Origin: Octopus sinensis
Taxonomy: Eukaryota
Reading direction: 5' to 3'
DNA: 64,000 bases
Assembly: GCF_006345805.1 (NCBI RefSeq)
Contig: NC_043011.1
Location: forward strand, 13,032,464 to 13,096,463
The translations under genes and the position numbers were made by a program. Every line of letters begins with the position of its first letter. The stretch's first letter is position 1. The notes under the pieces were generated by a model. It saw only the letters and a program-made list of their open reading frames with translations. It had not been told where the DNA came from and ran no database searches. Positions 52,311-64,000 of this stretch are shown here, piece after piece.

Positions 52311-54183
52311 ATTTGACGAGCGTTAGACAATTTAACCATTTTAAAATGTTAAAAAGTTTCAAGAAGTATTTTATTCGGTGTATTAACGATTCTGCCAGCT
52401 TGCAGCTTTAGTTTCCAATTAATATTGAAATAATAATTTGTTTCAAATTATTTTAAGGAAAAAGTAGATTAATTAGGAATGTAACATTTTCAGCATTTTT
52501 TGCTTACTTAAATAATGTATTTACATTTTGCACTTCAGCTGGGATAGGATGCATAAAAAGAGAAATTCGGAATTTTTCTCATTAAACTACACACTGAAAA
52601 TAAATTCAGCGACATGACAGTTTTCACTTAGTCATGTCAACACAAAATGTATAATCCTCTTTAGTACTGGTTCTCTAGACAGCCACTTAGTTTTACAGTT
52701 GGCAGGAGGAATATTTAATAGATGTGATCTATGATGGATAACAATTTTTATAATTATTTTGTCTAAAAGATGAGTTAGAATAGAATGTAGAACAGAACAG
52801 AATGCACATCTTATTAAAATGCTTGATGGAACTTCATTTTTAGCCTCGTATACACACCACTATTAGTTCCAATCATTAAACTAGCAATTTCAATACCGAC
52901 TGCTATAACTTTCTTCAATTGCTTTTATAATGATTTTGGTATTACGTTTTCCAGCTCTACAAATCCATGACACGTAGAGGCAACTTTATCATTCTTACAA
53001 TTGCATATTTTAGAAATAACAGATTCATTACTGTAATACTCATTTAATAACAAACTAAATTAACTGTAGGGCAAGCTCGCAGTAAGGTGCATTCGAGAAG
53101 CTGAGTACTCTGTAGCCCTCTATACCCATCGACGCAAATTCACCAATGCCATGGATCAGTTAATTTACAGTGCTTTGGAGGCCATAGACTATTCCTTCAA
53201 TCAAGCGGATGGCACACGCCAACTTCAATTTCTCAAACACAAATCCAGGCACGATGGGAATAGTCTAACAGATACAGATAAGATGAAATACTGGAAGTTA
53301 CAAGGATCCTTTCCGTGACCTTGGTGCTGAAATAACATGACAGTGCTGGAATTTCCCTCTGACCTTCATGGCCAAGCGGGTTTTTAGGTCCAATTCCACT
53401 CGCTTCCAATGAGAACAGTGTTAAAAATATAATTAAAAAATTGGTCATCACCTCGTTCAACGAGTTTATCAGGAATGTGATGGCATTCGAAGAGAATCTA
53501 CTCGAAACGCATGCGCTCTTGTAACTTGTAACCCTAACCCTTGTAACAGATGTCCCTAACCCTTTTAACTGATATAGAGAACGGAAAATGACTGCGACAG
53601 ACTAGAAAGATGCTATTTATTAAACAGTGTTCAAAATGGTCGCAACGGGGATTTTTTAATGTTTGTACAGTTTGTACGATGTAATTTCATATTAGAAATT
53701 TTTGTTGTCACCAGTATTATTATACGCATGCATAGCAGCCAATCTCTCAAGCTTACTTAGAAGATAGTTCACTATTACAGAGTTGGCAGAATTCATTCAT
53801 ATAGGAATGAAATGGAGATAATCAACCAACCTAAATTAAATTGTTTATTATGATCTTTTAGATACCAAATTAATTTACTAAGCCCTGTAAAAGTTACGGA
53901 GTGATAACGCATGCATAGCAACCGATCTCTCAAGCTTACTTGAGAGATCTGCACTCTCACTTCCTCTTTTGGCACACCAGAAAGAAGAGTGCGAAAAAAT
54001 TAGCCAGTTATAACATCAAAGGAAAGTCTATTGCAAGATCAAGCTCTAACAGAAAGAGAAATATAAGTCGTGATCTTTGTACTGCAGAGAAATGACTCCT
54101 ACCCGTAAACCTGAATAGCTATGAACTTTATTTAAAACCAATGTACCACCAGTTTCAATAACTGCAGTAAGGAATAAATAATT

Positions 54184-54574
54184 GTTTCAAATTTTGCCAC
54201 AGGGCAGCAATTTTGGAGAGGGGGTTGAGTCGATTACATCGTTCCCCAGTGTTCGACTGGTACTTATTTTATCGATCCCGAAAGGATGAAAGGCAAAGTC
54301 GACCTCGGTGGAATTTCAACTCAGGATATAAAACGGGTGAAATTCCTATTTCTTTACTACCCACAAGGGGCTAAACACAGAGAGGACAAACAAGGACAGA
54401 CAAACGGATTAAGTCGATTATATCGACCTCAGTGCGTAACTGGTACTTTATTGACTCCGAAAGGATGAAAGGCAAAGTCAACCTCGGCGGAATTTGAACT
54501 CAGAACGTAGCGGCAGACGAAATACCGCGAAGTATTTCGCCCGGCGTGCTAACGATTCTGCCAGCTCGCTGCCT
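54184..54574 (-). mobile_element. SINE family B, partial tandem
   Basis: Matches the other family B copies. A (AAT)n/(GAT)n tract follows at 54600-54805. Confidence 0.82.
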
Positions 54575-54601
54575 TGCTGTAAAGAATAAATAATAAAAAT
54601 A

Positions 54602-54671
<70 letters not shown>

Positions 54672-54717
54672 GATGACGATGACGATGACGATGATGATGA
54701 TGATGATGATGATGATG

Positions 54718-54807
<90 letters not shown>

Positions 54808-55150
54808 CAGCTCTAAGATAGAATGGAATAGAGCAAGAAGAACCAATTATGGAAAGTGAACCAGCTCTCAAAATTTCGGTAAATGTAAACACTCCGAGAA
54901 GCATACGCTACACTAGCTTTACTTGGTTTACTTCCAACAAAGATACGTAAATTCATACACATAATAGATACATGCATGTGTATGTGCTTTGTATGTGTGT
55001 GTGTGTGTGTGTGTTTGCAACTTTCATTTTTTACTCTTCTTTTCACTTTCTATAGCTGATTCTTTTTGTTCTTTTCCATTCTGTCTTAGAGCTGTTTTTT
55101 TTTATTATTCACTCCTTACAGCAGTTATTGAAACTGGTTGTGTTGTAAAA

Positions 55151-56109
55151 CTAGCAGCATAGCCCGGCGTTGCCCGGGTATGTAAGAACCCCTAGTAGGC
55201 AACGACTAATCCCAATCTAGTCCTTTCCCTCTAGGGAACGAAGGCGCATGTGTAGGTTGCAATGTCTTCTCTTCACTCGAATACTTCTGTGTATACGATG
55301 TTCCTAGCTGTCCCTTTGGGCGAAAACATAAAAACATCATTGCGCCTCCCAACGCGTGAACAGCCCACGTAGAGTTGACCGTGGGCGAAGCACTGTTCGC
55401 CCAACTGTAACCCAGCGACTTGTAACGTTTGGCCTTGGGATTTATTGATGGACATTGCGAAGCAGAGTTTAACAGGAAACTGAGAACGCCTGAAGTGGAT
55501 TGGTAGATCAGCGCCCGACGGTTGAAGGTGCATGCGTGGAATGAAGACGTCCTCTTCCTTCCCACAACGGGTAAGTATTGTGGCTGTTATTAAATGTGGT
55601 GGCAAATGTTTCACAACCAGACGTGTGCCGTTGCACTGTTTAGGTGGAACCAAATTCCTGATAAGCATAATGGGCGCACCGACTTTTAACTTCAGGATGT
55701 GTGGCAGCAGGCCTGGCGGTTCAAGTGAATTCAGGAATTCAACAGGATAATCGGCAAGCTCGGCAGGGCCTGCTGTCCTATCAATAGATTTGTAGACGTG
55801 GACATCAGAGGAATAGCTTCAAGTAGCTGGATATTGATGGAGTTGAGAGTTAAAAAGGTCGAGTTGCGTCCCCTAGACAGTCTGTGGTTTGTGTTTCTGA
55901 TTCTCGACTCCATGTCGAATTTATCGATTTTTTTCAGAACTGGGGGAACTTTTCAAAATTTTCGCTGCGTTAGTTTTGAATTATGACATTTGGCTATGTG
56001 TGTGTCAAGTTTCATCAGAATTGGTTGAAAGCCGTGGTCAGGGTGAGGGTACAACCTGACAGACACACAGACACAGATACAGACAAACTGCCGTTTATAT
56101 AGAGAGAGA
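55151..56109 (-). mobile_element. Helitron derivative carrying a Pif1 helicase C-terminal remnant
   Basis: [16 protein letters not shown]...VFIPR....[23 protein letters not shown]...[14 protein letters not shown] (55273-55668). Termini are A|TC (56109) and hairpin plus CTAG|T (55151). Confidence 0.92.
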
Positions 56110-56686
56110 TAATGCACCTGAACGAAAATGGAAACGTTTTACGTTTTTTTCAAATCATCATTCTGTGAGAGTTAACATTATTAAAACAAATGGTCTGATG
56201 TTTGTTTCTGGAAAGAGAAACTATTAGTAATCACGATGAAAAATCTGTAATCTTAATTTATATATATTTACATTACACTACGTATTGTATTTTATATTGT
56301 AATCAACCGTTATATGCTAGCTGGATGCATGGATGAATGGATTGATAGTTAGATGTAGATGGATAGAGATGGTTGACTACCTGCATGGATGAATAGTTGG
56401 ATGCATTAAGGGATAAATGCATGATAATGAAGGAATCATTCACACGGGAGGTGAGGAATTAAGTGGAGAAGTACTTAATGGAATGGTGGAATGGGATTTA
56501 TTCAAATCTAAATATGAGCTACTATTCAAGGTTTACGTTTCTACTTCATCTGGCAAATGGTGAAATCCTCTGTTTATAGCAAGTGTGGTGTTTTGTTGTT
56601 TTTTACCCAAAGTGATAGGCAACGATAAAGCCATCACCGTCTATAAGAAAACACTACTGATTTACACTCATGGTATTTCTCGCTGA

Positions 56687-56926
56687 AGGCGGCGAGCTGG
56701 CAGAAACGGTAGCACGTCGGGCGAACTGCTTAGCGGTATTTCGTCTGCCGCTACGTTCTGAGTTCAAATTCCGCCGAGGTCGACTTTGCCTTTCATCTTT
56801 TCGGGGTCGATAAATTAAGACCCAGTTACGCACTGGGGTCGATATAATCGACTTAATCCGTTTGTCTGTCCTTGTTTGTTCTCTCTGTGTTTAGCTCCTT
56901 GTGAGTGGTAAAGAAATAGGTATTTC
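56687..56926 (+). mobile_element. SINE family B
   Basis: Full-length match to the other copies. Confidence 0.87.
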
Positions 56927-57636
56927 TACATACAAATATAATGGACAGTGATGAGATGAATAAATTAATACAGCTATGATGATAGGCTAGCTTATAATAA
57001 ATATATAGAAAGATGGCAAAATGTTTATAAAAAGCAACTTTTTATATTTTCCATTAAAAACTGAATTATATTTGCCTAATCACTGCAATTGATTTGGGAA
57101 TTAAGTAATCAGTAACACTAAGTGCGATTTTTATTATGATGTCAACGTTTCGTCACGTCAAGTGGGAAAGATGGATCTGCTTTATAATTAGTTTTTCCAT
57201 GTTGCAGAATAAAACAGAAAAGCTGATTAACCGCAAGATAAATCTGTTATGTGGCGATTCTTTGTTAGAGTGAAATAGGATGTCAGTTTAGGAAATATCT
57301 TCATTAATGATGGCAAAGTATCTCAACGAACGACTAGAGACTTTAGAAAAATCTCAGCTACGTTCTATGGTCCAATTTTATCAATCACCAAAAACAGCTG
57401 CAATGTTTCAGGCTATTTAATTATTGGAAGTAGGGTCGCTTTTATTCGATGTTGCAGGCAATTAATGGATCCGTTCTTGAACAGACACTTCAGAAATATC
57501 TGACCACATCATGACTTATTCTTACGACATGTTCGTGAATAGCATCTATGGCATTCTATGCTCTTACAGAAGGTCCTACATAGGACGGACAAGACTATCC
57601 CAAGTTATCAGAATAAAAGAATACTGCAAATATCTA

Positions 57637-58116
57637 TAGTGGTTGTATACTGTCAACTCAACGTGACAGTCCCGTAAGGGAATTACACCACCACCATTTA
57701 GCCCTAGGAAACATCGACGTCTTCTGTCGGCTTTGACACATTTTATGTGTCCTTATATTTGCAAAGGGGAGGCAATCACCCCCGCAAGCCGGGACAAGGC
57801 ACCTGAAGACATATGTTTCTGAGTGTATTGCTCGTCTTCAGTCCAGGGTAGCTTGTCTCACTCGCTGATATGACTGCAACATCTCTGCAAAAATATCCTA
57901 TTTTCAGTAAAATTTATTTACTGATCACCAAAATTAGAAATATTGAATTTATAAATGTCTCAGAGAGACATGAGCGGTGGTGGAGGGATAGAGTGGTTGT
58001 ATACTGTCAACATAACGTGACAGTCCCGTTGAGTTGACAATATACAACCATTACATCGCTCCACCACCACTCATGTCTCTCTGAGACATTTATAAATTCA
58101 ATATTACTAATTTTGT
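57637..58116 (-). mobile_element. Retrozyme-like non-coding element: 354-nt terminally redundant unit, 5' inversion and 9-bp TSD
   Basis: TSD AAATATCTA (57628-57636 and 58117-58125). Direct repeat at 57639-57675 and 57993-58029. Inverted repeat at about 57929-58011 and 58033-58115. Hammerhead at 57802-57847. Confidence 0.85.
57802..57847 (-). ncRNA. Type I hammerhead ribozyme
   Basis: Minus strand: CCTGGA-CTGAAGA-CGAG(CAATACA)CTCA-GAAAC-ATAT-GTC|TTCAGG. Stem I is extended by GACAAG/CTTGTC. Confidence 0.85.
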
Positions 58117-58454
58117 AAATATCTAGTTAGGTCAGAACCAACCAAGTCATGAATTGTTTGGTATTAAACTCAACATCAATCGTCACAAAATAATAGAAAG
58201 TCGGAGAGAAAGAACCACATTGGAAACACAATGATCAACGGCACATCACGTGGAGTACTGAGAAATAAATCAACAAACCCGGTAAAAACTATAGCTATCA
58301 CGGAAATGAGTGATTGTACCTAAAAATGATTCTGATTTGTAACGCTGTTTACAGACATACACACAAACATAATTACACTCACATACACACACATATATAC
58401 TTACAGACACACACACATACACGCGCACACACAGGCACACACATTCATAGACAG

Positions 58455-58625
<171 letters not shown>

Positions 58626-58658
58626 TAAATGGATAGATAGATCTATTATATATATATA

Positions 58659-60145
58659 TCTCTTATTATAAAAGGCAGATTTTATCTGCCTCCCTTTGTC
58701 AGTTATAGAAATCTACAATATAGGATTTCTTCAATTACAATTTACCTAGCATTTTTAAGAGTAGAATGCATCGGGTTTTGCCAGGTCCGGTTTTTAAAAT
58801 TTCAACCCCAATTAAGCAAAATTTAGAGAAAACTCACATTCTGGTGTATATGTCAAATGTTTTTCTTAATGTGGGATACACCACACGCAAACGCACACAC
58901 ACACAAAGGGAGCGAACTGTTTCACTGACGCTATCACCCTTCTCCTCCTTTGTCTTTGCAAGTTTGCAGCTATTAAAGTGAAAACAGTGAATCCGACAGC
59001 GATTAAGAAAATGAATTGGTACCTGAATGGAGTGAAAATTTAAAAACTGTTTCTTTCGGTGATTTTTCTGAAGAAACTGCACCAAGCCACAGACTTTCCC
59101 AGAAGAGTATAAAGCCTTAAACTATTTCTTTTTACTTTTTCGAATGAGCCCATCTGAAATCATTACGGTGGAAACGAAACGTTACGCTAAACGTAAACAA
59201 AACGAAAGAAAGGATAGTTTGTTATTTCCCACAACCTTAAATTAAATTAAGGCCTATTTTGCCATAAATATTATTATGGGTATCAGAAAGTTACCCAGAA
59301 TAACAAATTCTATCGTAAAATTTTGTCGTATACCCAATTGAATATTAGCTAATAACCCATTTTCTATAGCAATGTTTGAACAAAATTTTAATAATTTTAT
59401 ATATTGTTGAATTTACCTGTATCTACCTGCAATTAGAGTCACTTTGTGACAAAAATTATAGTATAGAATTGGTTGAGGACATTTCATTAAATTATCTTCC
59501 AAAAATCAGATTAATATATCGATAAATAAAAAAGTTATTGTTGTTTAATGAAACCAGACTAAATTTGTGATTACGTTAGAAATTAATTGAAACACATAAG
59601 GGGTGTATTTTGGTCAGAAATATAGTAACGAAAGGGTTAAGAAAAACCAAAAAATATTTTATTCTTTATAAATGTTGTGTTCAAAATAACATTTTCTTTT
59701 AAGAATGTGTATATAACAAAGTATGTGTATATAACTACGTGGCTTATATCTTTATATATAAAACTGAAGTTGTGTGTCTGTCTCCTACGATTTAGATTCG
59801 TAACTACTCCCACATTTTGCGGTGCAGTGTAACCAAAACCGGGTATCTTATAGTCGTGATTCATATCGAGCCCTTCTGGGTATTAGCGCATGTCTACGAT
59901 GAGTCTACGATTTTAAAAATAATTTACCATCATATTTTTCCATTTTCATGCATTTTTTCGCTATTATATAAGGGAAGTAACTCTCTAAAAATATTTACGA
60001 TGTGTCAACGATTTAAAAATAAATTTACCTTAATTTTTTTTCCATTTTTAATGCATTTTTTCCTACTTTTTGGCTATAACTCTCTAAAAATGCTTATATA
60101 GTTATTTCCCTTACAAACCCGAGCAACGCCGGGTGATACTGCTAG
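58659..60145 (+). mobile_element. Composite Helitron: two 5' ends (58659 and 59749) sharing one 3' end
   Basis: The 5' end at 58659 is identical to that at 36828. A second TC start, TCTTTATATATAAAACTGAAG, lies at 59749. The 3' end is CCCGAGCAACGCCGGGTGATACTGCTAG. Confidence 0.72.
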
Positions 60146-60176
60146 TATATATATATAAATATAAATGCTTATAAAC

Positions 60177-60268
<92 letters not shown>

Positions 60269-60453
60269 AAATAAGGGGGAAAATTAATAATATCGTCAAT
60301 TTAACACCAAGTGGCTTAATGCATAAAAACCAGGGATACAATAAAAAATTTATACATAAATATAAGAGAGTGAGCACTATATGGTCGACTCCAGCGCTAA
60401 AAATAGATCCGCTATGGTATTAGCCACTAAAAATTAAGTAAAATTGCATAATA

Positions 60454-60863
60454 GGCGCAGGAGTGGCTGTGTGGTAAGTAGCTTGCTAACCAACCACATG
60501 GTTCCGGGTTCTGTCCCACTGCGTGGCATCTTGGGCAAGCGTCTTCTGCTATGGCCCCGGGCCGACCAATGCCTTGTGAGTGGATTTGGTAGACGGAAAC
60601 TGAAAGAAGCCTGTCGTATATATGTATATATATATATATATGTGTGTGTTTTTGTGCGTCTGTGTTTGTTCCCCTAGCATTGCTTGACAACCGATGCTGG
60701 TGTGTTTACGTCCCCGTCACTTAGCGGTTCGGCAAAAGAGACCGATAGAATAAGTACTGGGCTTACAAAAAGAATAAGTCCCGGGGTTGAGTTGCTCGAC
60801 TAAAGGCGGTGCTCCAGCATGGCCGCAGTCAAATGACTGAAACAAGTAAAAGAGTAAAGAGAG
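60454..60863 (+). mobile_element. SINE family A inserted into hammerhead loop II
   Basis: Interrupts TAAGTAAAATTGCATAATACATTAATAGC, with AATA duplicated. Confidence 0.9.
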
Positions 60864-61321
60864 AATACATTAATAGCGAAACAATTGTCCAGAGTTAATC
60901 TATATTTTTTTATTTTTCACTTGCCCTGCTCGTTTACGTTAAATGTGTTGATTCTCCTAGGAAACAATTTTTTAGTGGTTAATACCATAGCGGATCTATT
61001 TTTAGCGCTAGAGTCGACCATATAGTGGTCACTCTCTTATATTTATGTATAATTTTTTTATTGTATCCCTGGTTTTTATGCGCTAAGGCACTTGGTGTTA
61101 AATTGATGGTATTATTAAATTAATATCCAATTTTTCACCCTTATTTGTGATTTTAATTATACTGCAGTAAATCTTTTATGCACTATTTGTTTCCGGAAGA
61201 CTTATCGCACTTTTAGCGAGGGAATTTGAATCATAACTGCGAATATAATCGATTAAACCACACGTGTGTTTGACGTTATGTTAAAATTCAGCGTGCGATT
61301 TAATAAATTGTATTTTAGACA

Positions 61322-61398
61322 AATTCTGTTGATGACCTATAGATGTTGTGTAAGTAAAATTGCATAATACATTAATAGCGAAACAATTGTCCAGAGTT
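61322..61398 (+). ncRNA. Type I hammerhead motif (UUGAUGA variant)
   Basis: AATTCTG-TTGATGA-CCTAT...ATAGC-GAAAC-AATT-GTC|CAGAGTT. Stem III is the palindrome ACAATTGT. Confidence 0.72.
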
Positions 61399-61553
61399 AA
61401 TCTATATTTTTGTTATTTTTCACTTGCCCTGCTCGTTTACGTTAAATGTTGTGTTGATTCTCTTTGGAAACAATTTTTTAGTGGCTAATACCATAGCGGA
61501 TCTATTTTTAGCGCTAGAATCGACCATATAGTGGTCCCTCTATTATATTTATG

Positions 61554-61596
<43 letters not shown>

Positions 61597-61735
61597 AGCT
61601 GTTTACACCGTAAAGGAAAATTATAGTCGTCACCTAAACTTCGCTAAGGGTATGAATAACATCTACATTGCTAGAGATAGGACCTAAAATGTTCCAATGC
61701 TGTTACAAAGCACATAACATATTCTCTGATAGGGG

Positions 61736-61904
61736 CAGGGCAGGGCAGGGCAGGGCCGGCCCAAGGGTTGATGGGGCCCCGGGCAAGCTGAACCTCGGCG
61801 TGTACAAGCTGACGGTCGTGGAAATTTCCTTGTCTTTGTCACGCCCCCTAGCACATGGCACCCAGGGTGACTGCCCGAGTTGCCGGCACCTTTAGCCGGC
61901 CCTG
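61736..61904. mobile_element. hAT-type MITE
   Basis: TIR CAGGGCCGGC/GCCGGCCCTG and 8-bp TSD GATAGGGG (61728-61735 and 61905-61912). Confidence 0.85.
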
Positions 61905-62068
61905 GATAGGGGCTGCAATCGCCCCGAACACCGAACCAAGAATTCCCTACCGGTCGGTTTCGTCTATTGCTGTAGCCATCTTCAGCAAGGCCAGCTCGTT
62001 CAGTTGATTCCGGACTGCCCCGCCGAAAAAAGAGAATTTGGTAGGCAGAAACTGAAAGAAGCCCGTCG

Positions 62069-62137
<69 letters not shown>

Positions 62138-62179
62138 TTCTAATATAGGATAAATGATACTTCCAGATTCTATATCAAT

Positions 62180-62695
62180 CACCAAATCTCCAACGAATAA
62201 GTAAAAAATTACAAATTATCAACAGTCGAAGACAATCGCCTAACCTCAAGAGACTCCTTAACAAAGGCGAGATTCACCTTTGAAACAGACACGATGCGAG
62301 TAACCAACTGTAGAAACCCTCGTTCTGAGACATGTGAACTAATTGAGCAAGGGACAACCAAAAGACTCAAGAATGGGAAGGAATTAAAAGTGAATGCAAA
62401 CATGAATTGCAAAATAAAAAAAAACTCAACTACTGCATCACATGCCCACAATGCAATGAAAACTACGTTGGAGAGACAGGAAGGAAACTGACCAGCCGTG
62501 TAACTGTACATAAACTACAAATGAGGGATTAATCTCTTAGGTATGTCCCATGCAGTGAAAGTCTAGATATCTATGCAAATGGAAAATTTAAAATATTCCC
62601 ATTTTACAAAATAAATGATGAAAATGTACAACTATGAAAGGCAAAAGAAGAATGCTTTTTTCAGAATTCTAAATCCGAAATTAAACCGAAAATAG
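62180..62695 (+). mobile_element. Penelope-like element GIY-YIG remnant (Cys-rich linker type)
   Basis: RQSPNLKRLL..CRNPRSETCELI...MNCK..YCITCPQCNENYVGETGRKLTSRVTVHK...KIFPFYK...PKLN. Confidence 0.85.
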
Positions 62696-63177
62696 CCAAC
62701 ACTCCATATAATAAACAACAGTAAAAGAATATTTATGACTAAAATCGTAAGTGCGAAAATAGATCGGAAATAATACTACCACTGCCACAAAAATAATTTC
62801 CTCTTTAAGAGTGCGTGTGTTTGAAAAGGTTTAACGAAAGCGCTCATACACTAGAAAAAAATTTCATTCCAAAAAGTTAGTAACATCCTCATAACAGATT
62901 TCATAACATGTTTTTGAACAATTTCTCTTTTTTTTAATCACCTTTACACTTCAAAAACTGTATTAAGAAATCCGCATAGACTTCCAAATATATACAAATA
63001 TATATATACATGCTTATATAAAAAAAAAAAGAAAAATCTTCGTCTAAGGACGTAATGTAATAGGTTTGATGGATGTATGTATGTATGTATGTATGTATGT
63101 ATGTATGTATGTATGTATGTATGTATGTATGTATGTATGTATGTATGTATGTATGTATGTAGGTATGTATGTATGTA

Positions 63178-63491
63178 TATCACAGTGATCACCGTGACCG
63201 ACCAGGCTATCAGATGTTGCTACACATCGCTGGTCACAATGCGCTTCGCATTGTTTTAGCCTTCAAATGACGCCATCCCGCTGGCTAAGCGAGCTGGCCA
63301 ACAGAAGAAAGAGTGAGAGAAAGTTGTGGCGAAAGAGTACAGCAGGGATCGCTATCTCCCCCTGCCGGAGTCTCGTGGAGCTTTAGGTGCTTTCGCTCAA
63401 TAAACACTCACAACGCCCGGTATGGGAATCGAAACCGCGATCCTACGATCGCGAGTCCGCTGCCCTAACAACTGGGTCATTGCGCCTCCAC
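63178..63491 (-). mobile_element. SINE family C
   Basis: Reverse complement of 11388-11700. Confidence 0.87.
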
Positions 63492-63673
63492 ATGTATGTA
63501 TATACATCCCTTTAACTCCTGTGCGATGCAATCCCTCACTACACCGCCTAGTCTGCATCGGTTTGGTTTACCACTAAAACTTCGGCTTGAACTGAAACTG
63601 AAAAACAGGTAGTGTTGAAGCTACCTATCAAAGAAAGCTAGATATGGTTCAGCGTTGAGTGGGTAGATATATA

Positions 63674-63858
63674 GGATCTTTTCGGTTTGAACGGCAGTTT
63701 TTTCTAGCGGTGTCATATGAAATTGTCACCCATAATTATGACCCTAGAATCTGTTTTAGGGCTAGTTAGGGTTAGTCGATTTGATTGACTGAAGGCGGTG
63801 CTCCAGTATGGCCGCTGTCAAATGACTGAAACAAGTAAAAGAGAAAAAAAGAGTAAAG

Positions 63859-63891
<33 letters not shown>

Positions 63892-64000
63892 CACTAACTA
63901 GGGTTAGTTAGGGTTAGGGTTAGGGGGGGAAGGGTATCTTTTTTTCTTCAGAAATATAAATAAACCCAATCTGTTTCTTAAACGAGGGACATATTCATGC
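63674..64000 (+). mobile_element. Telomeric-repeat MITE, copy 7 (interrupted; runs off the window end)
   Basis: Left TIR at 63674. A SINE A tail fragment (about 63775-63858) lies inside the TTAGGG tract. Confidence 0.85.

Larger units (their letters stand above)
60264..61555 (+). mobile_element. Retrozyme-like element: 502-nt unit in ~1.4 tandem copies with a 5' inversion, interrupted by a SINE
   Basis: GAAACAATTGTC occurs at 60878 and 61380 (period 502). 60264-60435 is the reverse complement of about 60966-61151. (TA)n flanks both sides. Confidence 0.82.

Noticed and set aside
55273-55668. Host PIF1 helicase gene
   Set aside because: It is intronless, partial, frameshifted upstream and bounded by Helitron TC/CTAG termini.
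59352-59640. Possible piggyBac-like MITE ending AAAGGG-TTAA
   Set aside because: The left terminus is too degenerate to confirm a TIR and TSD by eye.

Overview
AT-rich, repeat-dominated eukaryotic DNA. The SINE, MITE and microsatellite content looks like an octopus/cephalopod genome, which is an inference. I recognise no intact host gene, and almost all listed ORFs are microsatellite or repeat artefacts. The window holds decayed Penelope-like retroelements (PLEs; RT and GIY-YIG remnants), CR1/L2-group and RTE LINE fragments, a hAT transposase remnant and non-autonomous Helitrons (one with a Pif1 helicase remnant). It also has three or more tRNA-derived SINE families and seven copies of a ~400-bp MITE carrying TTAGGG telomere repeats. 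The most striking signal is a set of about a dozen type I hammerhead ribozyme motifs (CUGANGA...GAAA...UH) from several unrelated, short, non-coding element families. Many sit in (TA)n tracts and have an inverted duplication at their 5' end. Two show terminal redundancy consistent with a circular RNA monomer (354 nt and 502 nt), and one has a tRNA-like head. This suggests a diverse retrozyme/mini-Penelope system mobilised in trans by PLEs. All structures were read by eye and none has been computed or tested.
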